In this document: piece by piece, positions 37,182 to 50,115 of the stretch
Numbering within the stretch: position 1 is the stretch's first letter
How the letters are laid out: each line of letters starts with the position of its first letter
Assembly (NCBI RefSeq): GCF_031769215.1
Contig: NW_026782105.1
Span: 1-64,000, forward strand
Source: Ylistrum balloti
Lineage: Eukaryota
Length of the DNA: 64,000 nt
Direction: 5' to 3'
The notes under the pieces: generated by a model
Databases searched by the model: none
What the model saw: the letters and a program-made list of their open reading frames with translations, nothing else
What the model was told of the DNA's origin: nothing
Position numbers and translations under genes: made by a program

Positions 37182-38626
37182 GATGGCTGAAGTGTAATAA
37201 TCTATATCTGTAAACAAATAGATGTTGATTATTGTTTGGCAGTGTCTAGAGGATGATACATATCTAAGTAATACGGTGCAAAATCTGCATGTGTACTACA
37301 GAAATGTATATATACTTTGTGTCAAGTATTGTATATACACAGTACACAAAAAGGTCTTTGTTCTCATATAACAATGCATGTATCGTTAGATACAACAGAA
37401 ATAGTTTTCATCTTCAGATCCACGGGTACATACTTCATTAATTCGTATAATATAGCCTGAAATATAAACATACCACATTTTCTCCTGTGTAGAGAAGTAC
37501 TGATATATCGGTCATGTAAAGTGAAGGACGTGGTACCGCGTTGGACAGGAAATAACATGCTGGCATAGACACTTGTTTAATAGGACATAAATACTATACA
37601 CGGTTTCTGAATCATAACGATATAACTTTAATATGACGTTTAATTATAGATAATAAAGTATATAAATAGAACGTGTCTCTATACTGGATATACATCGTAT
37701 TATTCTATATCACAAGTATATCAAGTTCAGCTTTACTCATTAAAGTAGTCACGTCTTCCGTTCAACGCCTCTCCAATCGAAACATGAATAAAACCAAATA
37801 AATAATGAAAATAATCATTTAGTCATCAAACGGTGAGATTTTAACTGAAATAAAATACAATTCATAATAGCTACAAACAAAATGTAACTGAAAAGACATC
37901 GCTAGCCTAGGCAGTGTTGTCATGAAATGAAAAAAAAAACAAAAACAAAAACAAAAACAAAAACAAAAAATACAACAAAACAAAAACAACCCTCAAGAAT
38001 ATCTCCCACAAACAGCATCTCTTGTCTTCATCTGACTGATAATACCACAGCACAAAATGTGTTACTGTAATAATGCGTTATATTATAAAAATATTACTAA
38101 CTAGTAAAATTAAAATGTGAAAAATCACATTTAAATATACCGAGTGTGTCACGTTTCAGTAATCTACAACTTCCAAACATATTCTTTGTAGCTAATATCT
38201 TAAGTATACTGCTTCCGCTGAGTTAACCGTTCGGTTGTAATATGATTCTGTACAAGTATGTGTAAGATTTATCAACTCACATAATATATCCGATGTTACA
38301 ATGCTCTAGAATTCCAGTAAAGTTTAACACTTTAGTCTGTATGTTGCTATCAACTTGTCACCTTGACGGTCTTAATCCTTCTGTGCAGATCCTTTAGTAT
38401 CCGGGCAGTTTTATCAATATTTATCCACAAGTTACCCTGGGTATTCCATAGGGGTGGATCCAGAATAATCAACAATGATATTCAAGTTAGTGACGTACAC
38501 ACGGAATGAGTAATTCAGCTACTCTGTGTCAATTTATAGTAACCGCGGTTTTAGTAGTTGTGGTTAAGGCTGATACTACTACAGCTACCGCTACTACACT
38601 ACTACTGTATTAAAAACAACTCTTAC

Positions 38627-38903
38627 CTGGATAATGGAGTTCTGTTACATTATATAGCAATGTAATTCGGTGTGGAATTTCCCTTCGAGCTGGTCAGCTG
38701 ACTTGGGCTGTGTTTGTTATGTATATTTATAGTAAATACATTCACTTCGTCATATAGCACTTCCTGGTAGTTACCTGTGTGTCGTCATTTATAATCGAAC
38801 GCTCACCTGTGGAAAGGCGAACTGTGGTTAGTGTACAATACCTTGTACTTCATGTGACTGACGAAAATTCATACCTTATTGCATGGGTCCTATTATATAT
38901 AGG
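38627..38903 (-). promoter_or_regulatory. Candidate promoter and non-coding first exon of the Bcl-2-family gene
   Basis: Donor CAG|GTAAGA at 38627, consensus kB site GGGAAATTCC (38683-38674), TCAGTC Inr-like motif (38861-38856) and TATATATAA (about 38901-38893). The coding exon has an acceptor at 37207 upstream of the ATG. TATA-Inr spacing is longer than canonical. Confidence 0.4.
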
Positions 38904-39620
38904 ATAATTGATTAGTACATAAAAGTCTTGATGAATGTGATTTTATTAAACGTTTTGTGCATTTTTCCGATATTGAATTCAAATGTTTACATTGTCTCAT
39001 AACTCTAACAAGTTAAGACGTGTGCATGACCGATGTACCTTTATGTTTTTAAAATGTGTGACAATTTCGTTTATCTTATACATTATACATATATATTACA
39101 ATTACCACATTTTATAAGTCGGACCACATCATAAAAAAGCGTTCATGTACTTTAAATTTGCCCAGTAAATTCATTTAAAAAACGAAGACGGTACTTTTAA
39201 AAACTGGTCAATGATATATTACAAAATTTACTTTCAAATGAGTAGTCAACAGTAACGTTATGCTGTTTAATGGTTGTACATGGAAGAGATAGATACGTGA
39301 CAAAGAATATAATTACATTGATAAGTTGTTATGGACCCGCTTCTATCCTGATATAAAATAGTCCGCTCGTTATTTACGCGTATCATCGCGTGTTTCTTAC
39401 ACACATAATGCGCTAATGGATGTGAGAATTGTGCCAAGCCTACACCTTAGTTCCAGAATATCTAAATCCTGTGTCCGTTGACAATACTGTGTTATCAGGT
39501 AAACACATATGGGAAGGGAGGAATTTTGTTTCACTGTCTCACCTTTTAGCAGTATTTAACAACTCAACTCTAAGGTCTATTACATTTGATAATATTTTAC
39601 AACATTATACGAAGACCTTC

Positions 39621-39651
<31 letters not shown>

Positions 39652-40029
39652 AGATGAGCTAGTAGTCGGATATAAGATCAGATACATACATATCGGACAT
39701 CGGACATCAGTACTCCAAGTTTGAGATGTTTTTAGTATTTAGAACAAACTAGAAAAAGAAACGGAGAAAAGCACGGACATATAAAGTTTCAAGATCCGCG
39801 GGAAAAGTGATAAGTAAAAACAATTTAAACACCTAAAACTAGTTCTTTTCTTCTTAAAGCAACAACTGCATTTCTCTGAAATTTGAAATACTCTTGGACG
39901 TATTCTTGGTTTGGTGGATATGACCTTCCTCTGGAGCCCTTTGGAAAATTTGAATTCTTTAAATGACAGCAAGTTTCATAAACCAGGACTCAGTCTGTCC
40001 GACTTCAGGGCGCGATTTTATTTTCATAT

Positions 40030-43000
40030 ATGTGTGTTTTTTCATCAAACGTTAGGTATGTTGTTTGTATCAGGAGAGACCGCTCNNNNNNNNNNNNNNN
40101 NNNNNNNNNNNNNNNNNNNNNNNNNNNNNNNNNNNNNNNNNNNNNNNNNNNNNNNNNNNNNNNNNNNNNNNNNNNNNNNNNNNNNNNNNNNNNNNNNNNN
40201 NNNNNNNNNNNNNNNNNNNNNNNNNNNNNNNNNNNNNNNNNNNNNNNNNNNNNNNNNNNNGTATTTAAACATGTCGTCTTGTCTTGTTAATATGTATTTT
40301 GTAAAATTTTATAGGAAAGGGCTTTATATAAGTTAGAAAACTTGTGCCCAATCCTTCTTGTATACTTTGTACAAATAAAATATGTTTAAATCAAATATGT
40401 TTTTCAGTATCTATATGTACAAATGTGATCGTATGACATGATAACACTTAAATGATGTGAATGCCACAGAAAGTCTATGGACACGATATTGTGTACGTGT
40501 AAAAACAAGTACAGTGATATCATCTCCGATCGAATACGCCTATTTTACATGATTCTTTCCTCCAAGTCAGGAGAGTTCTAATAAAAAGTATGGCTGGAAG
40601 GGTACCGAGACTGTTGTAAGTTATCAGGTGTTATAACTGAGTCTTTTAAGTTTTTATTGTCTTTAAAACCCGAAATACTATTTAAACATTTCATTGTTTC
40701 TTGACGATATGAGTAACCATATGTTTGATACACGCATAGGTAATTACAACTTTAACAAATAAACGAAAAAGAAATGCCAGTGGACATGTCAAACCCCTTG
40801 TAAAAAGATTCTGTTTCCTTTAAATCGTGATAATTTCGACGTTAAACTAAATCACTTTTCATTCAGTAGATAAATAATTTTCATCGAGATCGCGAACAAT
40901 GCATTTTCGCTGTACTGATATTGCAGGCATCGGTTTAGGGACAATACATGGGAAGTAATTCGATTTAATCAGATGAAGGCCAAGTCTGAAAAGAGTGTTA
41001 CCTTAACATTGATTAAAAAGAGGAAACGGACCGAAATAATGAATAATACAGTATAATTTACCTAGGCATACATACAGTGTATTCACTTTCATATGGAAAT
41101 AAAAAAAAGTTCCGCATTGATATAAAAAGAAAGATTATAGATTGATTGATTTTTATGCTTTATTTTCGTCGGCATTTTTTGAAATGTTTATTTACTTTAT
41201 GGGTTTTACGTTCAATATTATAGTCTTCCTTTGCTTTCAGTGGACGAGTATTGTGGTGTCCTTAGAGTTCTTTTATAAAATTGTATACAAAACTGCTTAT
41301 CTGGTGCTTGAATATCTGCATAGTCAAAATATCTTATTCCAGATGAGTAAAAATATATTTTCTTGTTCACATGAATTGGATGTTTTATATATGAAATATC
41401 ATATATATATATAACTCCTGTGAAAGAAAAGGGAAAACACTAAACATGCTCCAGCTGATTGCCCTGAACAGGAATTTAACTGGGGTCTCCAGTGATCAGC
41501 TATACACATTCCAACTGAGTCAAAAAGGCATGCTCCATCATCTGAGTGACAGAGACAATAATTAACACTATATATATGTAAAAACCACACTGACCCACTC
41601 CCTTTAAATTAAATGTATCAAATGTCTACTACATATCAATGAATGAAGTCATAACTTGTCGTAACTAAAGGGTTTGTAGTAATTTCATATAAGGGAAAAT
41701 AACTTTAATCTTGATCATGAAGCTACTTTCTTTATAAATTTTTGTTTCAAGAGACTGGTAGACTACTTCTACTGGAGTACTGTTTACAGTTAAATGACCA
41801 TACAATTATCATTGGTTGTGCATATGAGAAAGGAGCTCGAGGCAACTCTGGATCATGTACCATTTTGTAGTCATTGGAAGAGTTACATAAGGGAGCCCGA
41901 GATCTGCACTTTTATTTTAGATAAATTATTCAATACCAACACATGGACAGCAATACTCATAGAAAAAATCATAGGAAAGATTTTGTAACTTAAAGTTTAA
42001 TGATCTTTCTTTTTTTCAGGCCTCTGTGGAAGCGAGCTATACCGAAGTATCCTCTTTATCTTGAAGGTCGACCACAAAATCGTGTGTTTCTATGTCAATT
42101 CTGGATGAAATTGATCCCGGATAGAACATTTGAGCTACCAAATGACAGAGTTCATTTTGAGATACATCCTCAGTGAGTTTTATCATTCATATACAACATT
42201 TCCTTTTATATATACATGATATGTTCCTCAATTTTTACTAACAGATTTAATTCAATTGTCATTTGATTCATTACTTCACATTGCATAGTTTTAATTTAGT
42301 TATAGTTCTAGCATCTTCAGTGATGTTTCCAATTTTGATGGATATGGCCTTGTGATTTCCAGAATCAGTTTTGTGTAGATATGTGCCAATCTTTTGTGAA
42401 TATAGAATCCATAAGTTGTTCAATATAAAATTTTACTTGGTAAAAGCACTATTCCATTCACTTTTATATCGTTTATAATATCAAATATAATTTATTACAT
42501 TTTTTATTTACTTGGAAGTGAAACCTTTCACTTGATGAATTTAAAGGCAATGTTACAGTAAGATGTGTGTTTTATGTCAAATAACTAATCTAACACTTTA
42601 GATCTGCAACTTAAATCACTGATCTTTTAAAACATGTTGATAACATATATTATGGTGTGATATTTGTTGAACTAACTGATGGTTATAAACAAGCAATTTT
42701 ATCTTGAGCAAATTTTTTATGCCATGTTTAAAAAATTACAACTATTAAATTGACATGGCCAACTGATGATAGATTTAGGCATAGGAGCAAATTGACTTTT
42801 TTAAACATTTGGAACTAGGTGTTACTACCAATAAATAATTCTAGCTTTCTGATAGATGAAAATATTCCAATGATTTATCAGTGACCCCTAGCAGCAGTAG
42901 TATGCTATAAACAATGCTACCATCTTTCAAAACAGTGTCATACATGCATACTGTCGCTATGAGACAATCAACTATTATACTGAAAACTTACAAAAATGGA

Positions 43001-46000
43001 CAGACTATCGCTAAATGTCATGAAAATTTTCAGATTGATATTTACGTGAATCATGAACTAACATTGTTATGGTTTGCAGAGGATTCTCTGATGTAGGTAG
43101 CAACATCATAGATATGATCACACTACACCTTTTTATTAGGTTTCATGTTGATATTTGTAGAATTGATTGAGTAATGGAACGTTAAATTTTCCCTGATCAC
43201 TGGCTGCACTATACATTGTTTATCATGCTCAATTGTACACGTATATTTAAAGAAGTGAAATAAGTGACAACAACAGATATGTACTTAATACAATTATGAA
43301 ACATTCATATACAATGTTTACCAGTTTCATATATGTAAAATGAGTTATGATGATTTTACTCTAGCGAGAACAACATCTTGGCACATATTATAGGCTTTAT
43401 ACAAATATCAGGTGTAATTGTGATTCATCTTCAGACGCTTTTGCTTAAAGTACTCAAAGAAGTTAGAGACATCAAACGATGTATTGTTAATATGATTACA
43501 ATACATCCTTGTACTGAGCTTCATATTGATATTTGTAAAATTTGTTGATATGCGGAGAGATAAATTTTCTTCAGACGCTGATGGTACACATGTACATGTA
43601 TTGACTTGTGAGCAGCATCAGAACAAAATTAATGACAAGAAAGAATTCATCCCATAATTGTTTTATGACTTTTATCAGAGAGATATTTAATAATCATATA
43701 TAACACATACACTTTTCTGGTTTTAATAGGATTTAATAAGAAATCAAGTCAATTACAAGTAAGAATTAAGCATCTCTCATTTTATATTCCTTGTCACAAA
43801 ATAGTATGCACAAACCAGGTAATTATGATCTCTGTGAGTTGTCATGCCAGCTGACAAAAACTTAGGCCCAACTCTACATTGCAAGCATTTGGTATGTGAA
43901 GCGCAGAATGTATTTTGTCAAAGAGCAATGGTCCTTCCCTACACGTTTTGGTAAGATAATTGCACAAAGACTCTCCTTATTATGATGAAAAAGTCTCAAT
44001 ATATGGTAACTCACAGATATGCTTTGTAAACACCAATGAGATAGATTTTAATAAATAACAAGTCTGAGGTAATAAGACTTACAATGTAATGCAGACTCCA
44101 CATCCTAATACAGCAACACTAACTTTTGGCGATACAAAAACATGGCTTCTCCATTGTGATATCTAATGTGAAAAATAGAGTGAATCCTGCCTTTTCTTAA
44201 CAGTTGAAAATATAAATGTTTCAAAAGGTAGTCATACATAATCTACATTTTGCTTTGATATATACATTAATAATTTTTATGTATTTTTGTTGTTCATAAA
44301 TTTATGCATACCAGCTTATCCTAAAAATCAGTTATGCAACCTAGAAAAATCTTTGAACTTTTTACCAAAAGAAAAAGAGAGAAAAATAATGTGCCTGCTC
44401 CCCACTTTGGACCTTTAATTTTTCAGGAAAAATTGACTACTTGATGCACTGGTTTTCATGGTAGCAAAATAAATTATTTATGATCTGTTGTATAGCTCTT
44501 GGGTCAATTAATACCAATGTAAGTGTCTATCTATTGATTTTAAGATGTAAATTGTTTTCATGAATTGTACATTTTGCACAAATTTCACTGATTGGATGAA
44601 CAATGTATTCCAAATTCCAAATATTGTTGTTGATTGTTATCTTCTTCGAAAGCGTATGATTGTTTTGAATGTAATCTCACATTAATATATATTATTAACA
44701 TGTTTAGCTTTTCAGTAACTTTGATTTGATAAATATATAGGAACCAGTGTAATTTATACATGCATGTATGTTTTCTTTTTCTGATATTTTTATGTTCGAT
44801 TAAATTTGTTTTAGCTTCATATATGGCAATATTACATTTGTATAGTTTCCACATCGCATATTGATTTGGACTTCCTGTACATATTTAGAAATCCAGATGC
44901 AATTTTCTGAATTAATACTTTTGTTTCATTTCCAGAATGAGTATATTGGATGTTAAACAATACCTGGAAAAGATTTATAATGTAGATGTATTGAAAGTGA
45001 GAACATATCGCAAATCAGGTGAGTTCGTAATCAATTTGTTAATTTTGTGTTTTTAGCCAACCATCATCAGGTGGTTGGCTATTCAAATGGCCTTATGTGC
45101 GTGGTCCCTCCATCTCTCTGTGAACAATATCTGTTATTGCTATTTCTTGAGAAGTGCTGCATAGATCTTTCTCAAACTTCATATATAGGTTTCCTGTAGT
45201 CCCTTGTTGTGGTTGTTTGATTTTGGGACTGATAAAAAAAACAAAGTGGTGGTCGGGTGGCGCAGTGGTAACATACTCGCCTTTCACCTAGCCGAACGGG
45301 GTTCGATTCCTGGAACGGACATGAAAAGGTAAGGGGTCACCTGTCCGACCACGGGTGTTTCCCCGGGTACTGCGGTTTCCTCTCACCAAAAGACCCCTTG
45401 AGCGCTTACATCCGGGCCAACAAGAGTGCTCAGTATAAGTTGACATACCTTGTTTTGCAATTGTTGTAAAATAAATAAAGTTTATATATATATAAAAACA
45501 AAGTGGCCGACAGACAGCCATCTTGGATTTTGACTAGTAAAGTTTGTTATTGCTATTTATTGAGAACTACTGCATATATCTTTCATACCTAAGCTTCCTC
45601 TGGCCCTTTCGATTTTGAGACTGATCTGTAAAAGAAAATGATTGACAGGAGGCCATCTTCGATTTCAATAATGAAAGTGTGTTATCTGCATAACTTATGC
45701 ATAGATCTCTTTCAAATTTCATATGTAAGTTCCCTTTGGTACCTAGTTGATTTAGGGGCTGATCAGAAAACAAAGTGGATGACAGACAGCCATTTAGATT
45801 TTGCCTCTGATAGTTTGTTTTCACTATTTCTTAAGAGTTCTGATAGATCTCTCTCAAATTTTATGTTTAGGTTTCCCTTTGTCTTTCGTTGTGCCTATTT
45901 GATTTTGGAACTGACCAGGAAAAACTAAATGATCAAAAGATGGCAATTTATGGTGGTTAGTCAGGGCAAACAATCAGTGGATATACCTTGACTATGAGAC

Positions 46001-47619
46001 GGAAATATACTATATACTACAATCCAGTATCTGGTTATCCAAACATTATGGGGAGACAACTCCAAATTGACTCCAGGTTAACAGATTAATACTGATACAA
46101 CACATAATGGTGACATGCTTGAAATGTGGCATTTTGATTTGAATTTTTTGGATTTAAAGGTGTATGTTTAGCTCATCATCACTTCTTTTGTTGCATTATC
46201 AGGATACGTCTTTAAAGAGGATTCAATAGAAATGGAACAACAACAGAAAGGCAGGATACCTCCAGTAAAAGTTGCTTGTGTTCAATTGGTAAGATTTACT
46301 GCTTACTCAATAACACTATATTTCCTTGAATTGCATCTATTAGAACCTATGTTTTGTTTTCTTTAAGCATTTTTTCAGCTCATAATCCTGGTGATAGGGG
46401 GAGATAGGATTAGCCTATAATGGACCTGGAGCGGAAAATAGGATCAGCTCATATTCCTGGTGGTAGGGAAAGTTAGGATCAGCCCGCAATCCTGGTGGTA
46501 GGGGGAGATAGGATAATTCCTTAATCATGGTGATAGGTCGAGATAGTTTCAGCCCATAATCCTTATGGTAGGGGAGATAGGATCAGCTTATATTCCCCTG
46601 CTGGTAGGGAAAAATAGGATCAGCTTATAATTCTGTCGGTAGGAAGGATAGGATCAGCCCATAATCCTGATGATAGGGGAGGTCAGATCAGGATATCATC
46701 CAGGTTGAGGGGGAAAATAGGATTAGTCCATAATCCTGGTGAAAGGGGAGTAAGGATTAGCCAAAAATCCTTGTTTTAAGGGAAGACAGGATCAGCCTAT
46801 AATTCCAGTGGTAGGGAGAAATAGGTTCAGATCATAATCATGGGGGTAGGAGGAAGTAGGATTATTCCATAATCATGGTGAATAGTTGAGATACATGTAG
46901 TTTCAGTTTGAAATCTCAGAGGTAGTAGGAGATAGGATCAACATGAATTCATATGGTAAGAGTAGGTTGCATCACACTATAATCCTGGTAGATGGAGTTA
47001 GGGACAGCTGTTAATCCTGGTGGTAGGGCGAGAGAGGATCAGGCTATAATTCATGTGGTAAGGGGAGATAGGTTCAGCTCATTATCCTAGTTGCAGGGAA
47101 AGATAGGTTCAGCCCTTAATGCTGGTGGTAGGGGGAGGTAGGATCAGTCTATTATCCTGGTGATGGTGGGATAGGATAAACCCATAAACCTGGTGGCAGG
47201 AGATAGGTTCAGCCCATAATTCTGGTGGTAGGAGGATCGGTGGGATCAAAAATCTTTAACAATAGACATTTTCAACTTCCTTAGATTTGAGATAAATGTT
47301 TTTAACTCTTTTCTTATTTATTTGAAAGCTGGATGGACATAATTGTATATTTTTCACAGATACACATGATGAAATCACTCAAAAACCTGTGATTATGATA
47401 ATATCAACATATGGTCATGTCTTCTCCTATAACAATTGTATCAAGTTTTGAGTCAGTGAATTTTCATTTTTCCAGGGAGGAGAACATAGGTTTACATTTC
47501 CAGACTTGTTTTCAAAAAAATCAATGGGAGAGCAAGATAACAATATGAAGGATCTTAACGAGAAACTGGATTTAGCAAAGAACTGGGAACGACCAAGTTT
47601 ACCGCCCTGGTTCTCTTAG
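40030..47619 (+). CDS. MRPL23: 39S mitochondrial ribosomal protein L23 (uL23m)
   Basis: Exons 42020-42172 (YPLYLEGRPQNRVFLCQFWMKL), 44936-45018 (MSILDVKQYLEKIYNVDV), 46203-46288 (KVACVQL), 47476-47619 (FTFPDLF...PPWFS*); AATAAA near 47697. The first exon 40030-40055 (MCVFSSNVR, donor AG|GTATGT, phase matches) is tentative because it borders the gap. Confidence 0.9.
40086..40260. other. Assembly gap (175 N)
   Basis: Run of n. Confidence 1.
45050..45960 (+). mobile_element. Helentron/Helitron2-type non-autonomous element with satellite-like internal repeats, in an MRPL23 intron
   Basis: Starts in a T-run with the palindrome TAGCCAACC...GGTTGGCTA (45054-45081), then about four degenerate copies of gttattgctatttcttgagaa...atctttctcaaatttcatat...cagccatcttggattttgac. 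Confidence 0.65.
45250..45493 (+). mobile_element. tRNA-derived SINE nested in the Helentron-like element
   Basis: A box TGGCGCAGTGG, B box GGTTCGATTCC, central ccgggtactgcggtttcctc motif (V-SINE-like), AT-rich tail, 13-bp target duplication AAAAACAAAGTGG (45237-45249 and 45494-45506). Confidence 0.85.
46378..47232. repeat. Minisatellite, 35-bp unit, about 24 degenerate copies, in the last MRPL23 intron
   Basis: Unit cataatcctggtggtagggggagataggatcagcc, starts at about 46381, 46416, 46450, 46485 and onward. Confidence 0.9.
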
Positions 47620-48334
47620 CTAGAAACGTGCTTACAATAATATGAATATTGAATTTATACATTTTGAATGACTTTGATAATTTTATTTGCATGGAGAATA
47701 AATATGTTTTCGAAGAATTTACCATTTCTTTCTTTTTCTTTTTCATTTTTCTTCCCTATGGTCCAGACATTATAATTGATTCTGGCATTATTACATATAC
47801 TACACTAGAGAGACCAGTCATAATATGATATGCGATATACTTTTTACCATCTTCACTTTTTACAAAGTTTCATTTGTAAAATTAATTGAGTAATGTAGTT
47901 AATTTTCCCTCGATCGGCAGCGGCACTGTACATTGTGTATCACATTCTACTAAGCGTTTTCAATTATATATCTTAAATTACTGAATAAATTTAGTGACAT
48001 ATATGATATGTGTTAAATATGATTATAATACATTTATGTAGGAAGTTGCAGTTACATTTATGAAAAATGACCAAGTTACTTTTGCCTGAAATACTCATTT
48101 TAACAATACATCAAATAAGATATTTACTGTGTCAAATGGACATTATTTAAACTAACATATAGAAAAGTTCTATGATCACATTCAACTTCTCTTTTAAATC
48201 AATTTCAAACTGTATAATATCAGGCGAATCTATTCTATCCTGTTCCATATGTCAACAACATGGAAAGAAAAGAAATTTTCTGAATATCAAGATGACAGTT
48301 TGTGTGAAATGCTCTCTTGATGCAGTGAAACAAT

Positions 48335-48720
48335 CTTAAACACATTTATTAGGTCTCCTTGCATGCTTCGGTGCCTCAAGTTTAGTAGATTTAATCTCTG
48401 CAGACACTTTTTATACGTCTTATTTTTAAGTCATGGTATGATCTTGGTAGTTCGCCTCTGTACGTTTTTGATTTCCTTGCTCATATACGGATTCCATGCA
48501 CTGGAGGCATACTCAAAGTTTGGTCTAATGAACATCTTAAGCATAAGTGTGAAAACATTATCATTCAGATTTGTGAATGTTCTCCTTGTTCCTCTTGAGT
48601 TTATTCTTCCTGAACTTCTAGATTTCCATATCTCCCAGTTCAGCTGATTTTGAATCTGTGTATGCTCTTTAAATAGTTCCTCGCTTTCCATATGTCTTTG
48701 CCATGTCCATTCTGACATTA
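48335..48720 (-). mobile_element. CR1-clade LINE 3' ORF2 relic
   Basis: FIRPNFEYASSAWNPYMSKEIKNVQRRTTKIIP and a downstream shifted-frame LQRLNLLNLRHRSMQGDL match the post-RT region of CR1 elements. Confidence 0.8.
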
Positions 48721-48944
48721 GTAATTATTTAATTGTAAAACTCAGATATGCTTCATAAACACCAATGAGATAGATTTTAAAAGATAATAATTCTGTAGTA
48801 ATAAGACCTACATTATGCAGACCTATGCGTGCTAATATGTCATCGCTAACTTCCCCCAATACACAAACAGACAAGTGCACATGACTTCTCTGTTGTGGTA
48901 TCCAACGTGAAAGTGCGTAAAATGGACCTTGCCATTTCCTAACA

Positions 48945-49310
48945 GTCAAACATTGCTATTTCTTGAGAAGTACTGGATGAATCTTTCTTAAATTTCATAT
49001 ATAGGTTTCCTTTGATCCCTAGTTGTGCTTGTTTGATTTTAGGTCTTCTCAGAAAGAGAAAATAGCTTACAGTCGACCATCTTTGATTTTGACTTCGAAA
49101 GTTTGTTATGCTATTTCTTGCAAATTACTGCAGATATCTTTCTAAAATTTTATGGAAAGGTTCCTCTTGGTCCCTAGTTGAGCTTTTTTTATCAGAAAAA
49201 CAAAATGGCCAACAGGCAGCCATCTTGGATTTGTGCCCGTTTGATTTTGGTACTGATCAGAAGAAAGAAATGGTTTCCAAGAGGTCATAATGGATTTGGC
49301 AGGTAAAGAT
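48945..49310 (+). mobile_element. Fragment of the same satellite-bearing Helentron-like family as 45050-45960
   Basis: Shared gctatttcttgagaagtactgg...aaatttcatatataggtttcc...caggcagccatcttggatt. Confidence 0.65.
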
Positions 49311-49419
49311 TATCATCTTTATTTCTGTAAAGTGATGTTCAAATTTCTTATCATTGAGAGCAAAAACAAAGAAGAGAAAAGATCCAACTTTCAAAGAGCT
49401 AATAAAGTCAAGAATTGTG

Positions 49420-50115
49420 GGCAACAAGATCCCTCTGGGATATCTTGTTTCTTACTTCAGTGCCTGTGATACTCCAATGTACATGATTTATAGGAAAACA
49501 AAATTTCAATGGTTTCAGAGATGGTTAGCTGTTGGCACCCGTACTGCTTGATAAAGGATGTGCATGGCCAAAATTCTGGCAAAAATTGACAAAACATAAT
49601 GGTGCTTATGGAAACACAAGAACTTGCAGATCCAATCATGGACTCATTCAAGATACCTGCTAATTCTGAGATAACTGGTTATTTCAGTTTGTTACTTTGC
49701 ACTTTGCATCCATGCTTATGACAAATACTTATCATTTTGGATATAATTAGCCAATATTGCACTCTAATACATCAGTGACCTTTGACCCTTTGACCTCCAA
49801 AGTTAATCAGAAGTGAAGCTTGGATCCATGCATTAAATATTCTCAAACATATACAAAATACTAACAATTTCCATGATAATTAGAACAAGGGCTGTTCCAC
49901 TTTGCAGCATCAAGGGTCATAACTTTGTTAAAACTTGATGGAACCTAACAAAGGAGACACAACTATGTGTCCTTTAGCATGTGTGCAAAGCATTGTTAAA
50001 ATCCATTCATAATCCTAGGATGGATATGTAGTACAAAATTGTGTCTACAGACAGGCAGACTGACAGACAAATGAACATGCCTATCTCCTCTATACCCTAC
50101 TCCGCTCTCCTATTA
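49420..50115. mobile_element. Degenerate non-autonomous Helentron-like/MITE element
   Basis: AACAAG start, tgacctttgaccc motifs and a (GACA)n tract near the end. Confidence 0.4.

Noticed and set aside
31295-38370. ACCGTCAAGGTGA motif on both sides of the Bcl gene in inverted orientation
   Set aside because: Many 13-bp matches are expected by chance in 64 kb; no further similarity.
39911-40336. ORFs spanning the N run
   Set aside because: Artefacts of translating the assembly gap.
45250-45325. tRNA gene
   Set aside because: A and B boxes are present but there is no full cloverleaf; it continues into a SINE body with a tail and TSD.
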